A stretch of DNA of 64,000 bases from an uncultured Pelagibacteraceae bacterium (GCA_902518415.1 CABYGA010000003.1:894-64893); one strand, 5' to 3'; shown: positions 40,180 through 50,433, counted from the first letter of the stretch. The notes: a model not told the origin generated them from the sequence alone. Numbers and translations: made by a program.

Positions 40180-40923
40180 TTAAGCGATTCTGCTTAATTC
40201 TTCATCACTTGCCTCAAAATTTGAGAAGATCTGCTGAACATCTTCATCACTATCAAGCTCGTTTATTAAATTTATAAGTGATTTTAACTTATCGCCATCA
40301 ACTTTTACTAATACATCTGGTCTCCATTGAAAACCAGATGAAACTGGCTCACCATATTTAGCAGCTAATAAATCGTAAAACTTTGACATTGTATCGGGCA
40401 AGCACACCGCTTCATATTCATCCTCTTCTACGAAACAATCTTCTGCACCATTTTCAATTGAAAAGTTAAAAAACTCATCCTCAGTTGCAACATCCTTATT
40501 AAATTTCAAAAAACCATAATGTTTAAATGCGTGTGAAACTGAACCTGTTTCACCTAATGACCCGCCAAACTTTTGAAATGATGATCTTACATTAGATGCC
40601 GTTCTATTTCTATTGTCAGTGAGTGCCTCAACTATTATAGATGTACCTGCAGGACCAAATCCTTCATATCTCATCTGGTCATAATTAACAGTATCTTTAT
40701 CCAAAGACTTTTTAATAGCACGATCAATATTCTCTTTTGGAAAACTCGATGCCTTTGCAAGTTGAATTGCTGATCTTAATCTGGCGTTTTGATCCGGATC
40801 TGGGGAGCCTAACTTTGCTGCAACAGTTATTTCTTTAGATAACTTTGAAAATAGTCCTGCTCTTTTTTTGTCTTGCGCACCTTTTCGGTATTGAATATTT
40901 TTAAACTTAGAGTGTCCCGCCAT
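40180..40923 (-). CDS. yebC: YebC/PmpR-family DNA-binding transcriptional regulator
   Basis: 247 aa. The N-terminus MAGHSKFKNIQYRKGAQDKKRA is diagnostic of the family. Confidence 0.9.
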   Translation of the reverse strand: MAGHSKFKNIQYRKGAQDKKRAGLFSKLSKEITVAAKLGSPDPDQNARLRSAIQLAKASSFPKENIDRAIKKSLDKDTVNYDQMRYEGFGPAGTSIIVEALTDNRNRTASNVRSSFQKFGGSLGETGSVSHAFKHYGFLKFNKDVATEDEFFNFSIENGAEDCFVEEDEYEAVCLPDTMSKFYDLLAAKYGEPVSSGFQWRPDVLVKVDGDKLKSLINLINELDSDEDVQQIFSNFEASDEELSRIA

Positions 40924-41724
40924 CTAAATTCCTATTTTTCCACCAATACGAATTGATTGAATATTTTTAGCAAGAAAATTATTATCCTGTGATTCTATGA
41001 TTACGCCGCATAATGTGCCTATTCCATCGGCAGGAGGCACTCGTTTCCTTTCAGTGTCTTGTGTTGCAAATTTTCTGACAAATTCTTGTTTTTTAGTTCC
41101 AATAACGGAGTCATAATCACCACACATACCTGCATCTGTTTGATAGGCTGTTCCATGCTCCATGATGTTGGCATCAGCTGTTGGAACGTGAGTATGCGTA
41201 CCTACTACTGCGGTTACGCGTCCATCAAGATGATGACCCATAGCCATCTTTTCACTCGATGCTTCAGCATGAAAATCCACAAAAATGAATGATAAATCAT
41301 TTACGTCAATTTTTTGCAATACCTCCTCAATTTTAAAAAAAGCATTATCACAGGAGCGCATAAATAAGTTGCCCATTATATTAATAACTGCAATTTTTTC
41401 CTTATTGGCCAGTTCATAAATATTAAATCCTAGTCCAGGCGATCCCTCTGCAAAATTGTACGGTTTTAAGAGATTTTGATCCTTATCGATGTAACTAGTT
41501 ATCTCTTTTTGATCCCATAAATGATTTCCCGTGGTAATGACATTTACACCATACGAATACAACTCATTACATATATTTTCTGTAATACCAAAGCCGCCTG
41601 CAGCGTTTTCACCATTTGCTATTACAAAATCAATATTGTGATCTTTAATCGCTTGCGGGAGATGATCTCTTAATGAATGCCTGCCGGATCTTCCCATTAC
41701 ATCCCCTAGAAATAAAATTTTCAT
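40924..41724 (-). CDS. ymdB: YmdB-family metallophosphoesterase (TIGR00282)
   Basis: 266 aa. It has MKILFLGDVMGRSGR, ANGENAAGGFG, VDFHAEASSEK and VGTHTHVPTAD. Confidence 0.8.
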   Translation of the reverse strand: MKILFLGDVMGRSGRHSLRDHLPQAIKDHNIDFVIANGENAAGGFGITENICNELYSYGVNVITTGNHLWDQKEITSYIDKDQNLLKPYNFAEGSPGLGFNIYELANKEKIAVINIMGNLFMRSCDNAFFKIEEVLQKIDVNDLSFIFVDFHAEASSEKMAMGHHLDGRVTAVVGTHTHVPTADANIMEHGTAYQTDAGMCGDYDSVIGTKKQEFVRKFATQDTERKRVPPADGIGTLCGVIIESQDNNFLAKNIQSIRIGGKIGI

Positions 41725-42296
41725 ATTGCCTTATATAAATAACTTTCTGTTAAAATCCAATCAAGTTTTTGATCATGACTTTCGATGGGAATTTGATTAG
41801 CTTTTTGAAAAGAAAATCCCAGTCCCACTTTAATAATATCTTTTTCTTCTTGGGAAGAAAAAAATTTATCATAAAAACCTCCTCCATATCCTAATCTAAA
41901 ACCACTTTCATTAAATGCTAGTAAAGGCACTAAAACTAGTTTTGGAAAAATAATTTCATTCGTTACTTCGGGTTCTAAAATATTATATTTATTTTTAATT
42001 AATTTAGTCCCAGTACTAAATTTAAAAAAATTTATTTCTTTCGATTGAGAATTAATTTTCGGCAAGCAAATATTAATATTTTTTTCAATCAGGTATTTAT
42101 TTAAAGAATTAGTGCTTAATTCAAAATTATAATCAACATATGAACCTACATAATCACTATTAATATTATTTAATAGTGGACGCAAATGAACATGAGACAT
42201 ATTTTTTTTTTCATAGTCTCCTGATAGTTGTTTTCTTCTATTGATTAGAAATTTGCGTATTATTTTTTTTTCTAGATGACGCTCTGAATTAATCAT
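41721..42296 (-). CDS. 5-formyltetrahydrofolate cyclo-ligase
   Basis: 191 aa. It has a C-terminal GYGGGFYDKF motif and lies downstream of zapA, as in many bacteria. Confidence 0.75.
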   Translation of the reverse strand: MINSERHLEKKIIRKFLINRRKQLSGDYEKKNMSHVHLRPLLNNINSDYVGSYVDYNFELSTNSLNKYLIEKNINICLPKINSQSKEINFFKFSTGTKLIKNKYNILEPEVTNEIIFPKLVLVPLLAFNESGFRLGYGGGFYDKFFSSQEEKDIIKVGLGFSFQKANQIPIESHDQKLDWILTESYLYKAI

Positions 42297-42322
42297 TAAT
42301 GTAAATGATTACAAAAATTTTT

Positions 42323-42688
42323 TTAACTTGCTTGTGAAAGCTTAGATAGTAAGTCTGTTAATTTTTCGTTATTGGACTCAATATATTTTTGACTTTCCAT
42401 TTGTTGCTGATCTAATATTCTTTCTTTAGAACTAATGCTTGTTTGAAGCTCTTCAATCTTGATCAAATTTGAACTTAATTTTTGATTAAGATCATGTATC
42501 TCATCAGCAATTAATAATGAAGCCATTACCATTAGCCTAGTTTCGCCAATTTTTCCAAATCTCTTGGTCAATTCTCGGACTTTGAAGTCAATTCGAGAAC
42601 TTAGTTGCTTTAAGTGATTTTCCTCACCTGGATCGCAAACTATCGCATAATCTTGATCATTAATATTTACAACTATCTCAGGCATCAA
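42323..42688 (-). CDS. zapA: cell division protein ZapA
   Basis: 121 aa. The N-terminal IVVNINDQDYAIVCDPGEE..L is followed by a coiled coil, in typical ZapA layout and synteny. Confidence 0.75.
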   Translation of the reverse strand: MMPEIVVNINDQDYAIVCDPGEENHLKQLSSRIDFKVRELTKRFGKIGETRLMVMASLLIADEIHDLNQKLSSNLIKIEELQTSISSKERILDQQQMESQKYIESNNEKLTDLLSKLSQAS

Positions 42689-42952
42689 CTATGAATCCAA
42701 TATGTCTTTAATTGTATAAATATTTTCATCAAGCTGTGATGAAATATTTCCAGCGATATTTTTAAGCTCTAGAAAATCAGATTTTAGGATTTTAATTTCA
42801 TTTTCAAGGTGATTATTTTCGCTGAGAAGCTTTGCATTTTCATTTTCCAGAGATGAAACTTTTTTTGCTTCTTGCGACAATTTTTCAATTTCTTTACCAA
42901 GATTAGTAATAGTATTACTGAATTGATCTTTAGTATCTTGATATGTTGACAT
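42689..42952 (-). CDS. coiled-coil protein upstream of zapA (ZauP/ZapB-like, DUF4164-like)
   Basis: 87 aa, entirely heptad-like coiled coil. Its stop abuts the zapA start. This position is equivalent to the Caulobacter ZapA partner ZauP. Confidence 0.5.
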   Translation of the reverse strand: MSTYQDTKDQFSNTITNLGKEIEKLSQEAKKVSSLENENAKLLSENNHLENEIKILKSDFLELKNIAGNISSQLDENIYTIKDILDS

Positions 42953-43116
42953 GTCGCACCCTTAATCTTTAGAGGGAGTTTAACTGTCTTTTTTATTCCC
43001 AGTCAACTTATAAAATCATAAAAAAAAATAAATTTTCTTTGTGAATAAGATATTATAATTTAAGACTCTTTCTACTTTATTGCTTATATTAGGCTCATTA
43101 TTGGTATTAAAAATAA

Positions 43117-45114
43117 ATGTCTCGAAACTTAAATTCCTCATCTCTTTCTCACGAAAATATGGCAAATGCCATAAGATTTTTATCGATTGATGCAGTTGAG
43201 AAGGCTAAGAGCGGACACCCTGGATTACCAATGGGTATGGCTGATGTTGCCACTGTTCTTTTCACTAAATTTCTAAAGTTTAATTCTACTGCCCCCAAAT
43301 GGCATGATAGAGATAGGTTTGTTTTGTCTGCTGGTCATGGCTCGATGCTTTTGTATTCTCTTCTGTATCTCACCGGTTACCGTGATATGACCATAAAGGA
43401 TATCAAAAAATTTAGACAACTTGATAGTAAATGTGCGGGTCATCCAGAATATGGGCATGCTCAAGGTATTGAAACAACTACTGGTCCTCTAGGACAAGGA
43501 ATAGGAAATGCCGTTGGTATGGCGTTAGCTGAAAAAATATTGAGTGGCCAATTTGGACAGAAGATTATTGATCATTATACATACGTTATTGCCAGTGATG
43601 GTGACTTGATGGAAGGTATATCTCATGAGGTTGCATCGTTTGCAGGTCATTTGAAGTTAAATAAGCTAATTGTTTTTTTTGATGATAATGGAATTTCAAT
43701 TGATGGACCTGTTAAACTCTCAAATACTGAAAATACAATTGACCGCTTTAAGGCCTATGGATGGAACGCAATAAAAATTAACGGTCACAATAAAGATGAA
43801 ATTATAAAAGCGATTTCAAAAGCTAAAAAATCAAAAAAACCAACTATAATTTCTTGTAAAACAAAAATTGGTTTCGGCTCACCAAACAAGCAAGGTAAAT
43901 CTTCCTCTCATGGCAGTCCACTTGGAGAAGAAGAAGTCAGCTTAACTAGATCCAAACTAAAATGGCCCCACAAGCCTTTTTCGGTTCCAACAGATATATT
44001 AAATGAATGGAAAAAGTCTGGAAAGAGATCAGCTGATGTATATAAGAAATGGAAAATAGATTTTGAAAAACTCTCCAAAAAGAAAAGAGATGAATTTGAA
44101 AGAAGAATTAGCGGAAATATTCCAAAGAAAGTTAGCAAGCTTTTAAGCAAATTTAAAAAAGACTCAATTAAGAAACCAATTGATATAGCAACTCGGCAAG
44201 CCTCTGAGATGGTGATTAACCAAATTGCACCCATCATGCCAGAATTAGTTGGTGGATCTGCAGATCTTACTGGTTCAAACAATACTAAAGGGAACAAAGT
44301 GGATGTTATTAATTCAAAAAATTACCGAGGTAATTATATCTATTATGGAATAAGAGAGCATGGAATGGCAGCCATAATGAATGGCTTATCATTACATAAA
44401 GGTATTATACCATTTGGAGGAACATTCTTAATATTTTTAGATTACTGCAAGCCTTCTCTTAGACTTGCAGCTCTTATGAAGCAGAGGGCCATTTATATTT
44501 TAACACACGACTCAATTGGCTTGGGTGAAGATGGCCCTACTCATCAACCAATTGAACAGCTGGCATCCCTAAGGGCAACACCAAATGTAAAAGTATTCCG
44601 GCCTGCTGATATTATTGAGACAGCTGAAGCATGGGAATTGGCTTTATCAAATCAAAAAGGTCCATCTGTTATTGCCCTAACTAGACAGAAGCTCCCTATG
44701 CTAAGAAGGAAATATTACACAAAAAATATTAGTTCTCAGGGCGCATATGAAATTAAAAGCAACTCTAAAAATCCAGATATTTCAATCTATGCCTCAGGTT
44801 CTGAGGTTGAAATTGGGATCCAGCTAATGGGTCTACTAGAAAAAAAGAAAAAGAATGTAAGAGTGATTTCAGTGCCGTGCATGGAGCTATTTAAAATTCA
44901 AAATAAGCCATATCAAAAAAAGATTAGAGGAAATTCGAAGTTAAATATATCAATTGAAGCAGGCTCAAGTTTTGGATGGAGTGAGATCTGTGGAGGAAAT
45001 ACTGTGAATATATGCATGAAAGATTTTGGAGCCAGCGCTCCTTATCAAAAACTTTATGATTACTATGGCTTCACAGCAAAAAAAATATTAAAGCAAGTAA
45101 TTAAAAAAATATAG
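43117..45114 (+). CDS. tkt: transketolase
   Basis: 665 aa. It has KSGHPGLPMGMA, the TPP motif ASDGDLMEGISHE, and GEDGPTHQPIEQ. Confidence 0.95.
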   Translation: MSRNLNSSSLSHENMANAIRFLSIDAVEKAKSGHPGLPMGMADVATVLFTKFLKFNSTAPKWHDRDRFVLSAGHGSMLLYSLLYLTGYRDMTIKDIKKFRQLDSKCAGHPEYGHAQGIETTTGPLGQGIGNAVGMALAEKILSGQFGQKIIDHYTYVIASDGDLMEGISHEVASFAGHLKLNKLIVFFDDNGISIDGPVKLSNTENTIDRFKAYGWNAIKINGHNKDEIIKAISKAKKSKKPTIISCKTKIGFGSPNKQGKSSSHGSPLGEEEVSLTRSKLKWPHKPFSVPTDILNEWKKSGKRSADVYKKWKIDFEKLSKKKRDEFERRISGNIPKKVSKLLSKFKKDSIKKPIDIATRQASEMVINQIAPIMPELVGGSADLTGSNNTKGNKVDVINSKNYRGNYIYYGIREHGMAAIMNGLSLHKGIIPFGGTFLIFLDYCKPSLRLAALMKQRAIYILTHDSIGLGEDGPTHQPIEQLASLRATPNVKVFRPADIIETAEAWELALSNQKGPSVIALTRQKLPMLRRKYYTKNISSQGAYEIKSNSKNPDISIYASGSEVEIGIQLMGLLEKKKKNVRVISVPCMELFKIQNKPYQKKIRGNSKLNISIEAGSSFGWSEICGGNTVNICMKDFGASAPYQKLYDYYGFTAKKILKQVIKKI

Positions 45115-45125
45115 GAGTTATCAAA

Positions 45126-46136
45126 ATGGCAGTAAATGTTGCAATTAGTGGGTTTGGAAGGATTGGTAGATTAGTTCTCAGATCAATTATCGAGAGTAAA
45201 CGTAAGGATATTAATGTTGTTGCAATAAATGACTTAGCACCTGTTGATACAAACGCATTCTTACTAGCGAATGATACAGTGCACGGACCTTTAAACGAAA
45301 AAATTTCTGTAAAGAAAAACAAAATGACCATTGGAAGGAAAACTATTTCAGTACTTAATGAAAGAGATCCACAAAAACTTCCATGGAAAAAAATGAAAAT
45401 TGACGTAGCTCTTGAATGTACTGGTTTATTTACCTCGAAAGAAAAAGCATCTATGCATATCAAAGCTGGAGCAAAAAAAGTTCTTGTCTCTGCCCCCTGC
45501 TCTGAGGCTGATAAAACAATAGTATATGGGGTAAACGAACAAGAAATAACTCGCAATGATCTAGTTGTTTCGAATGCATCTTGTACTACGAACTGTTTGG
45601 CACCAGTAGTTAAAGTTCTTCACGAAAAATTTGGAATTGTTCATGGATATATGACTACCATTCATGCATTTACAGGTGACCAAAGTGTTTTGGATACATT
45701 TCATCCTGATTTAAGAAGAGCTAGAGCTGCGTCAATGTCAATGATACCTACATCAACAGGTGCTGCCAAAGCGGTTGGGTTAGTAATGCCAGAATTATCA
45801 GGAAAACTAGATGGAACAGCAATTAGAGTACCAACTCCCAATGTATCACTTATCGATTTTAAATTTGTATCAAAAAAAACAATGAAAGTTGATAGCGTAA
45901 ATAAAGCCATGACTGCTGCGTCACGATCCAATAAGTTGAAAGGCATACTTAATGTTAATTCAGAGCCACTTGTTTCATCGGATTTTAATCATAATCCTGC
46001 TTCATCAAATTTTGACCTAACTCAAACACAAGTCATTGAAGGAAAGTTTGGAAGAGTTTTAAGTTGGTATGATAATGAGTGGGGTTTCTCAAATAGAATG
46101 TGTGATACTGCAGTAGCAATGAAAAGATCAAAATAG
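45126..46136 (+). CDS. gap: glyceraldehyde-3-phosphate dehydrogenase
   Basis: 336 aa. It has GFGRIGRLV, the active site SNASCTTNCLAP, and WYDNEWGFS. Confidence 0.95.
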   Translation: MAVNVAISGFGRIGRLVLRSIIESKRKDINVVAINDLAPVDTNAFLLANDTVHGPLNEKISVKKNKMTIGRKTISVLNERDPQKLPWKKMKIDVALECTGLFTSKEKASMHIKAGAKKVLVSAPCSEADKTIVYGVNEQEITRNDLVVSNASCTTNCLAPVVKVLHEKFGIVHGYMTTIHAFTGDQSVLDTFHPDLRRARAASMSMIPTSTGAAKAVGLVMPELSGKLDGTAIRVPTPNVSLIDFKFVSKKTMKVDSVNKAMTAASRSNKLKGILNVNSEPLVSSDFNHNPASSNFDLTQTQVIEGKFGRVLSWYDNEWGFSNRMCDTAVAMKRSK

Positions 46137-46138
46137 TA

Positions 46139-47335
46139 ATGCTGGATGTCTCTAATCTAAAAAAGATTACTGAGAAAAATAAAACTATATTAATAAGATT
46201 TGACCTTAACGTTCCACTTAATTCTATTGACGACTATATAAGTGATAGAATAATCAGAATAAAAAAACCTATTTTAAATCTGTTGAATGGAAATAATAAA
46301 GTCATTATTTTATCTCACTTGGGTAGGCCTAAAGGAAAAATAAGGGATGAACTATCATTGCAACAAGTAGTTCCTCAGCTAGAAAGAGTTCTTGAAAAAA
46401 AAATAAATTTCTTACCAGATTGCATTGGAAAAGAAATAAAAGACAAAATTAATTCGCTTGAAAATGGAACAATTATTTTATTAGAAAACTGCAGATTCTA
46501 TAAAGAAGAGGAAGAGAATGATCATGACTTTGCAAAACAGTTATCTGAGTTAGCTGATCTTTATATAAATGATGCATTTGCCTGTTCGCATCGCGCACAT
46601 GCATCAATTGACGCAATATCTAATTTCATGCCTTCATATTGTGGCGATCTACTCGAAGAAGAAATAATTAATCTGCAAGAAGTTATTCATGATCCTCTTG
46701 GTCCCGCTCTGACAATAATAGGAGGATCTAAAATTTCTACAAAAATTGCTGTTCTTAAAAATTTATCAAAAAAAATGGATACCATTGTTATAGCTGGTGG
46801 TATGGCAAACAACTTTTTGAGATATCACGGGTACAATATTCAAAGCTCATTGAATGAAGAAAATGTTGACCACTTAATTGAAGAAATAATAAATTTTTCA
46901 GCAAAAAATAATTGTAGGTTAGTTTTACCAGTTGATGTAGTTACAGCAAATAAAATTTCAGACAAAGCAGACGTCAAAGAATGTGATATTGATAACATCG
47001 AAGAACAAAATATGATTCTCGATGTAGGCAAAAATACAGTGGAATTAATAAAACAAGAAATTAGTAAATCTAAAACAGTATTCTGGAATGGTCCTCTTGG
47101 AGTGTTTGAAACTTCTCCTTTTGATAAGGGCACTGTAGAAATTGCAAATTTCATTGGCAATCTTACTGAAAATAATAAAATTAGGTCATTTGCTGGCGGA
47201 GGTGATACAATTTCTGCACTAGACCTAGCCCGTGTAAAAGACAAATTTTCTTACGTTTCTACTGGCGGTGGTGCATTACTTGAGCTAATAGAAGGTAAGA
47301 AATTACCAGGTCTAGTCGCATTAGGAATTTTATAA
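46139..47335 (+). CDS. pgk: phosphoglycerate kinase
   Basis: 398 aa. It has RFDLNVP, SHLGRPKG, WNGPLGVFE and STGGGA. Confidence 0.95.
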   Translation: MLDVSNLKKITEKNKTILIRFDLNVPLNSIDDYISDRIIRIKKPILNLLNGNNKVIILSHLGRPKGKIRDELSLQQVVPQLERVLEKKINFLPDCIGKEIKDKINSLENGTIILLENCRFYKEEEENDHDFAKQLSELADLYINDAFACSHRAHASIDAISNFMPSYCGDLLEEEIINLQEVIHDPLGPALTIIGGSKISTKIAVLKNLSKKMDTIVIAGGMANNFLRYHGYNIQSSLNEENVDHLIEEIINFSAKNNCRLVLPVDVVTANKISDKADVKECDIDNIEEQNMILDVGKNTVELIKQEISKSKTVFWNGPLGVFETSPFDKGTVEIANFIGNLTENNKIRSFAGGGDTISALDLARVKDKFSYVSTGGGALLELIEGKKLPGLVALGIL

Positions 47336-47341
47336 TAGGAG

Positions 47342-48361
47342 ATGAAAATGATACCAAAAACCTTAGAAGAGATCGCAAGCTATATTGTAAAAGACGGTAA
47401 AGGAATACTTGCAGCTGATGAAAGCACTGGAACAATCGAAAAAAGATTTAAGTCCATTGACGTTGAGTCAACTGAAGATAATAGAAGAAAATATAGAGAA
47501 ATGCTTTTTAGATCTCCTGCTATGGCAAAGGCTATTGGTGGGGTAATTCTATTTGATGAGACTCTGAGACAAAAGGCACAAGATGGATCATATTTAAGAG
47601 ACGTAATTTTAAACCATGGGTCACTTCCTGGAATTAAAGTAGACCAAGGAGTAAAAGAGCTGGAAGATAATTCTAATGAAAAAATCACAACTGGATTAGA
47701 TGGCCTAAATGAACGTTGTAGAGAATATGACGCATTGGGTGCTAAATTTACTAAATGGAGAGCGGTAATCAATATTAGCGATGGCATCCCCTCTACAAAA
47801 TGTATCAATGAAAATATGTTAGCTTTATCCAAGTACGCCCTTATAGCTCAAGAAAATAATTTGGTACCAATAGTAGAGCCTGAAGTCATTATGGATGGCC
47901 CGCATACAATAGATCAATGCTATGACGTTACTAAGAATGCATTATCTGTACTTTTTGAAATGCTTGATAAAAAAAATATAAATATTAGGGGCACCCTGTT
48001 AAAACCTAATATGGTAGTTTCAGGAACAGAAAATAGTCATCAAGCAAATTATAAGGAAGTTGCAGAAAAAACTCTTGATTGCCTAAATTCGTCTGTGCCT
48101 GATGAATTGCCAGGTATTGTTTTTCTATCGGGTGGTCAATCTGATATTGATGCAACGGCACATTTAGATGAGATGAATAAAATTGGTGGGTTTAAATGGA
48201 AACTAAGCTTCTCTTATGGAAGAGCGTTGCAGCAAGCAGCATTGAAAGCTTGGTCAGGTAATGACAATAATCTAGAGCATGCACAAAAAGCATTTGGCCA
48301 TCGCGCAATCATGAATATGAAAGCTTCTTTAGGTGAATGGAGCGAGTCACTTGAGGCTTAA
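47342..48361 (+). CDS. fba: fructose-bisphosphate aldolase, class I
   Basis: 339 aa. It has GILAADES, a Schiff-base Lys region TLLKPNMVVSG, and SFSYGRALQ. Confidence 0.9.
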   Translation: MKMIPKTLEEIASYIVKDGKGILAADESTGTIEKRFKSIDVESTEDNRRKYREMLFRSPAMAKAIGGVILFDETLRQKAQDGSYLRDVILNHGSLPGIKVDQGVKELEDNSNEKITTGLDGLNERCREYDALGAKFTKWRAVINISDGIPSTKCINENMLALSKYALIAQENNLVPIVEPEVIMDGPHTIDQCYDVTKNALSVLFEMLDKKNINIRGTLLKPNMVVSGTENSHQANYKEVAEKTLDCLNSSVPDELPGIVFLSGGQSDIDATAHLDEMNKIGGFKWKLSFSYGRALQQAALKAWSGNDNNLEHAQKAFGHRAIMNMKASLGEWSESLEA

Positions 48362-48365
48362 TTGA

Positions 48366-48929
48366 ATGAAAATTAATGGAAATTCTGTAAAACCTGGCAT
48401 GATTTTAGAGCATAAGGGTGAGTTGTGGACTGTTGCCAAATCACAATCTGTAAAACCTGGCAAGGGTGGAGCATTCAACCAAGTTGAAATGAAAAATATT
48501 AAAACTGGATCAAAACTTAATGAGAGGTTCAGAGCCTCTGAGGAAGTGGAGCGTGTACGGGTAGATGAAGAAAAGTACCAATATTTATATAAACAAGATG
48601 ATAAACTAGTTTTTATGAATACGGACTCATACGAACAAATTGAACTGGACTCGGAAATTGCTGGAGATCGAATGGTCTTAATGAGTGAAAATGATGAAGT
48701 TATAATTGAAATGTACAATGACAAAGCTATAGGAATACAACTTCCAAAAACACTCTCTTTTATTGTTGATGAAACGGAGGCGGTTGTTAAGGGTCAAACA
48801 GCTGCATCTTCAAATAAACCTGCGATATTAGAGAATGGCATAAGAGTAATGGTGCCACCATTTATTGAACAAGGTGAGAAAATTGAAATCAATACTGAGG
48901 ACTTAACCTATTCTAAAAGAGTTGACTAA
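48366..48929 (+). CDS. efp: elongation factor P
   Basis: 187 aa. It has the loop VKPGKGGAFNQVEMKN and three-domain EF-P length. Confidence 0.9.
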   Translation: MKINGNSVKPGMILEHKGELWTVAKSQSVKPGKGGAFNQVEMKNIKTGSKLNERFRASEEVERVRVDEEKYQYLYKQDDKLVFMNTDSYEQIELDSEIAGDRMVLMSENDEVIIEMYNDKAIGIQLPKTLSFIVDETEAVVKGQTAASSNKPAILENGIRVMVPPFIEQGEKIEINTEDLTYSKRVD

Positions 48930-49711
48930 TGAGTTACTCAAATCCTTATATAAATGCAATATTCCTTGCTTCTCGAAAAGTCAGTAAAAATCTCATAAGA
49001 GACTTTGGAGAAGTTGAAAAATTACAGGTATCTTTAAAAGGAGTTTCTGATTTTGTTTCTTTAGCAGATACCCGAGCAGAGAAGCAAATAATAAAAGAAC
49101 TTACTTATTCTTATCCTAAAGTAAATATACTTGCTGAAGAAAATGGAACTATAAATAACTCAGACGATAATATGAGATGGATAATCGATCCTCTTGATGG
49201 TACGAGTAATTTTGTTTTTAGTATCCCCCATTTTGCGATTTCAATTGCTCTAGAAAAAGACAATGAAATTATTGTAGGTGGAGTTTATCAGCCGCTGACA
49301 GATGAATTTTTTTGGGCTGTAAAAGGCAGAGGTGCTTTTTGCAACAACCTAAGACTAAGAGTTTCATCAAGGGAGAACTTAGAAGACTGCATGATTGGAA
49401 CAGGCATTCCTCACAGAGGAATGAAAGGACATGAAGAGTACCTGCCTGGACTCAAAACAGTAATGGAAAATGTATGTGGCGTTAGAAGATTGGGTGCTGC
49501 ATCTTTGGATCTAGCATATGTTGCTGCTGGCAAGTATGACGGTTATTGGGAAAAAAACTTAAAGCTAGTTGATATCGCTGCAGGATCATTAATTGTAAAA
49601 GAGGCAGGCGGAAAAGTAACTGACTTTGAAGGAAGAGAGGAATATCTAAATTCAGGAAGAATTCTTGCAACTAACTTTAGAATTCATGACCAACTTCAAA
49701 AAATAATTTAA
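48929..49711 (+). CDS. suhB: inositol monophosphatase-family protein (SuhB-like)
   Basis: 260 aa. It has WIIDPLDGTSNF, GAASLDLAYVAAG and WD-like motifs. The ATG overlaps the efp stop by 1 nt (TAATG). Confidence 0.85.
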   Translation: MSYSNPYINAIFLASRKVSKNLIRDFGEVEKLQVSLKGVSDFVSLADTRAEKQIIKELTYSYPKVNILAEENGTINNSDDNMRWIIDPLDGTSNFVFSIPHFAISIALEKDNEIIVGGVYQPLTDEFFWAVKGRGAFCNNLRLRVSSRENLEDCMIGTGIPHRGMKGHEEYLPGLKTVMENVCGVRRLGAASLDLAYVAAGKYDGYWEKNLKLVDIAAGSLIVKEAGGKVTDFEGREEYLNSGRILATNFRIHDQLQKII

Positions 49712-50014
49712 TTATATCTTAATACCAAATCTATTTAAAAATTTCTTTTCAAATTTCCAAAAATATTGGAATTGTCCAAAAGGAAGGGCAACTAATAACA
49801 ATAATATTTGATATATAAAAAATAAAAGTATAATTCTAATTGGCCAAAATATAATTGGATTAAAGTTTTCCTCTTTCAAGCCGATGAGTTCAAAAAATTC
49901 GACTGTTACATAGAGTGATAAAGATCCTGTGATTGCAAATACTATAATTATCAATATAAACTGCCAAAAACTCATGATATTGAGCCTTTTCATCATTGCA
50001 TTAAGTATTGTCAT
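49712..50014 (-). CDS. small integral membrane protein, unknown function
   Basis: 100 aa with 2-3 predicted TM helices. No motif recognised. Confidence 0.4.
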   Translation of the reverse strand: MTILNAMMKRLNIMSFWQFILIIIVFAITGSLSLYVTVEFFELIGLKEENFNPIIFWPIRIILLFFIYQILLLLVALPFGQFQYFWKFEKKFLNRFGIKI

Positions 50015-50085
50015 AGAAATTCACTAAATAAATATTGATCAGAATTATTATATAGGTTAATTAACCTCAAAATTAACTAAATTAA

Positions 50086-50304
50086 ATGAAAAAAGATAAA
50101 CATCCAAATTATCATACAATTAACGTTGTAATGACGGATGGTACTAAGTTTGAAACGAAGTCTACATGGGGAAAAGAAGGAGATACAATGTCTCTTGATA
50201 TAGATCCTTTATCGCATCCTGCATGGACCGGTGGGCAGCAAAAAATTCAAGATAAAGGTCAAGTAAGCAGATTTAAGAAGAGATTTAGCAATCTTAAAAC
50301 TTAA
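50086..50304 (+). CDS. rpmE: 50S ribosomal protein L31
   Basis: 72 aa. [10 protein letters not shown]...[15 protein letters not shown] is the alphaproteobacterial-type L31. Confidence 0.9.
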   Translation: MKKDKHPNYHTINVVMTDGTKFETKSTWGKEGDTMSLDIDPLSHPAWTGGQQKIQDKGQVSRFKKRFSNLKT

Positions 50305-50378
50305 ACTTCGAACCTTGAAATAAAGATAATCATAACAATATGTATTTCGCTGATGGCAATAATGCATCAGCAAAAATT

Positions 50379-50433
50379 GCCTAGCTTAATTTAAGTAGGC
50401 TAAAACCTTTAATCGCTTAAGGAGGATTAAACT
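50379..50433 (+). promoter_or_regulatory. structured 5' leader of ibpA (candidate RNA thermometer)
   Basis: Hairpin GCCTA(G)CTT-AATTT-AAGTAGGC lies at 50379-50400 and has a bulged G. A weak AU-rich hairpin follows in which CUUUAA (50407-50412) pairs with UUAAGG (50417-50422). This covers the first four nt of the SD AAGGAGG (50419-50425). Confidence 0.35.

Noticed and set aside
42297-42322. Looked for 6S RNA (ssrS) at the classical zapA / 5-formyltetrahydrofolate cyclo-ligase junction
   Set aside because: The spacer is only 26 nt, far too short for a 6S RNA of about 180 nt. No alternative structured region is seen nearby.
45101-45556. 151-aa ORF on the minus strand
   Set aside because: It is entirely antisense to the well-supported gap gene. 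It has low-complexity Ser/Phe/Ile-rich composition, no motif and no RBS. This is a typical shadow ORF.
47380-48724. 150-aa and 125-aa minus-strand ORFs (47380-47832 and 48347-48724)
   Set aside because: They are antisense to fba and efp respectively. They have Ser/Leu/Phe-rich shadow-frame composition and no independent support.
50314-50345. Sigma-32 promoter upstream of ibpA
   Set aside because: Only the -35-like CTTGAAA is convincing. No CCCCATNT or CYTATNT-like -10 lies at an acceptable spacing, so I do not call a promoter.
50349-50371. Hairpin GCTGATG..CATCAGC as the rpmE terminator
   Set aside because: It is followed by AAAAATTG rather than a U-tract on the plus strand, so it is not a canonical intrinsic terminator. 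It is kept only as part of the structured ibpA leader finding.
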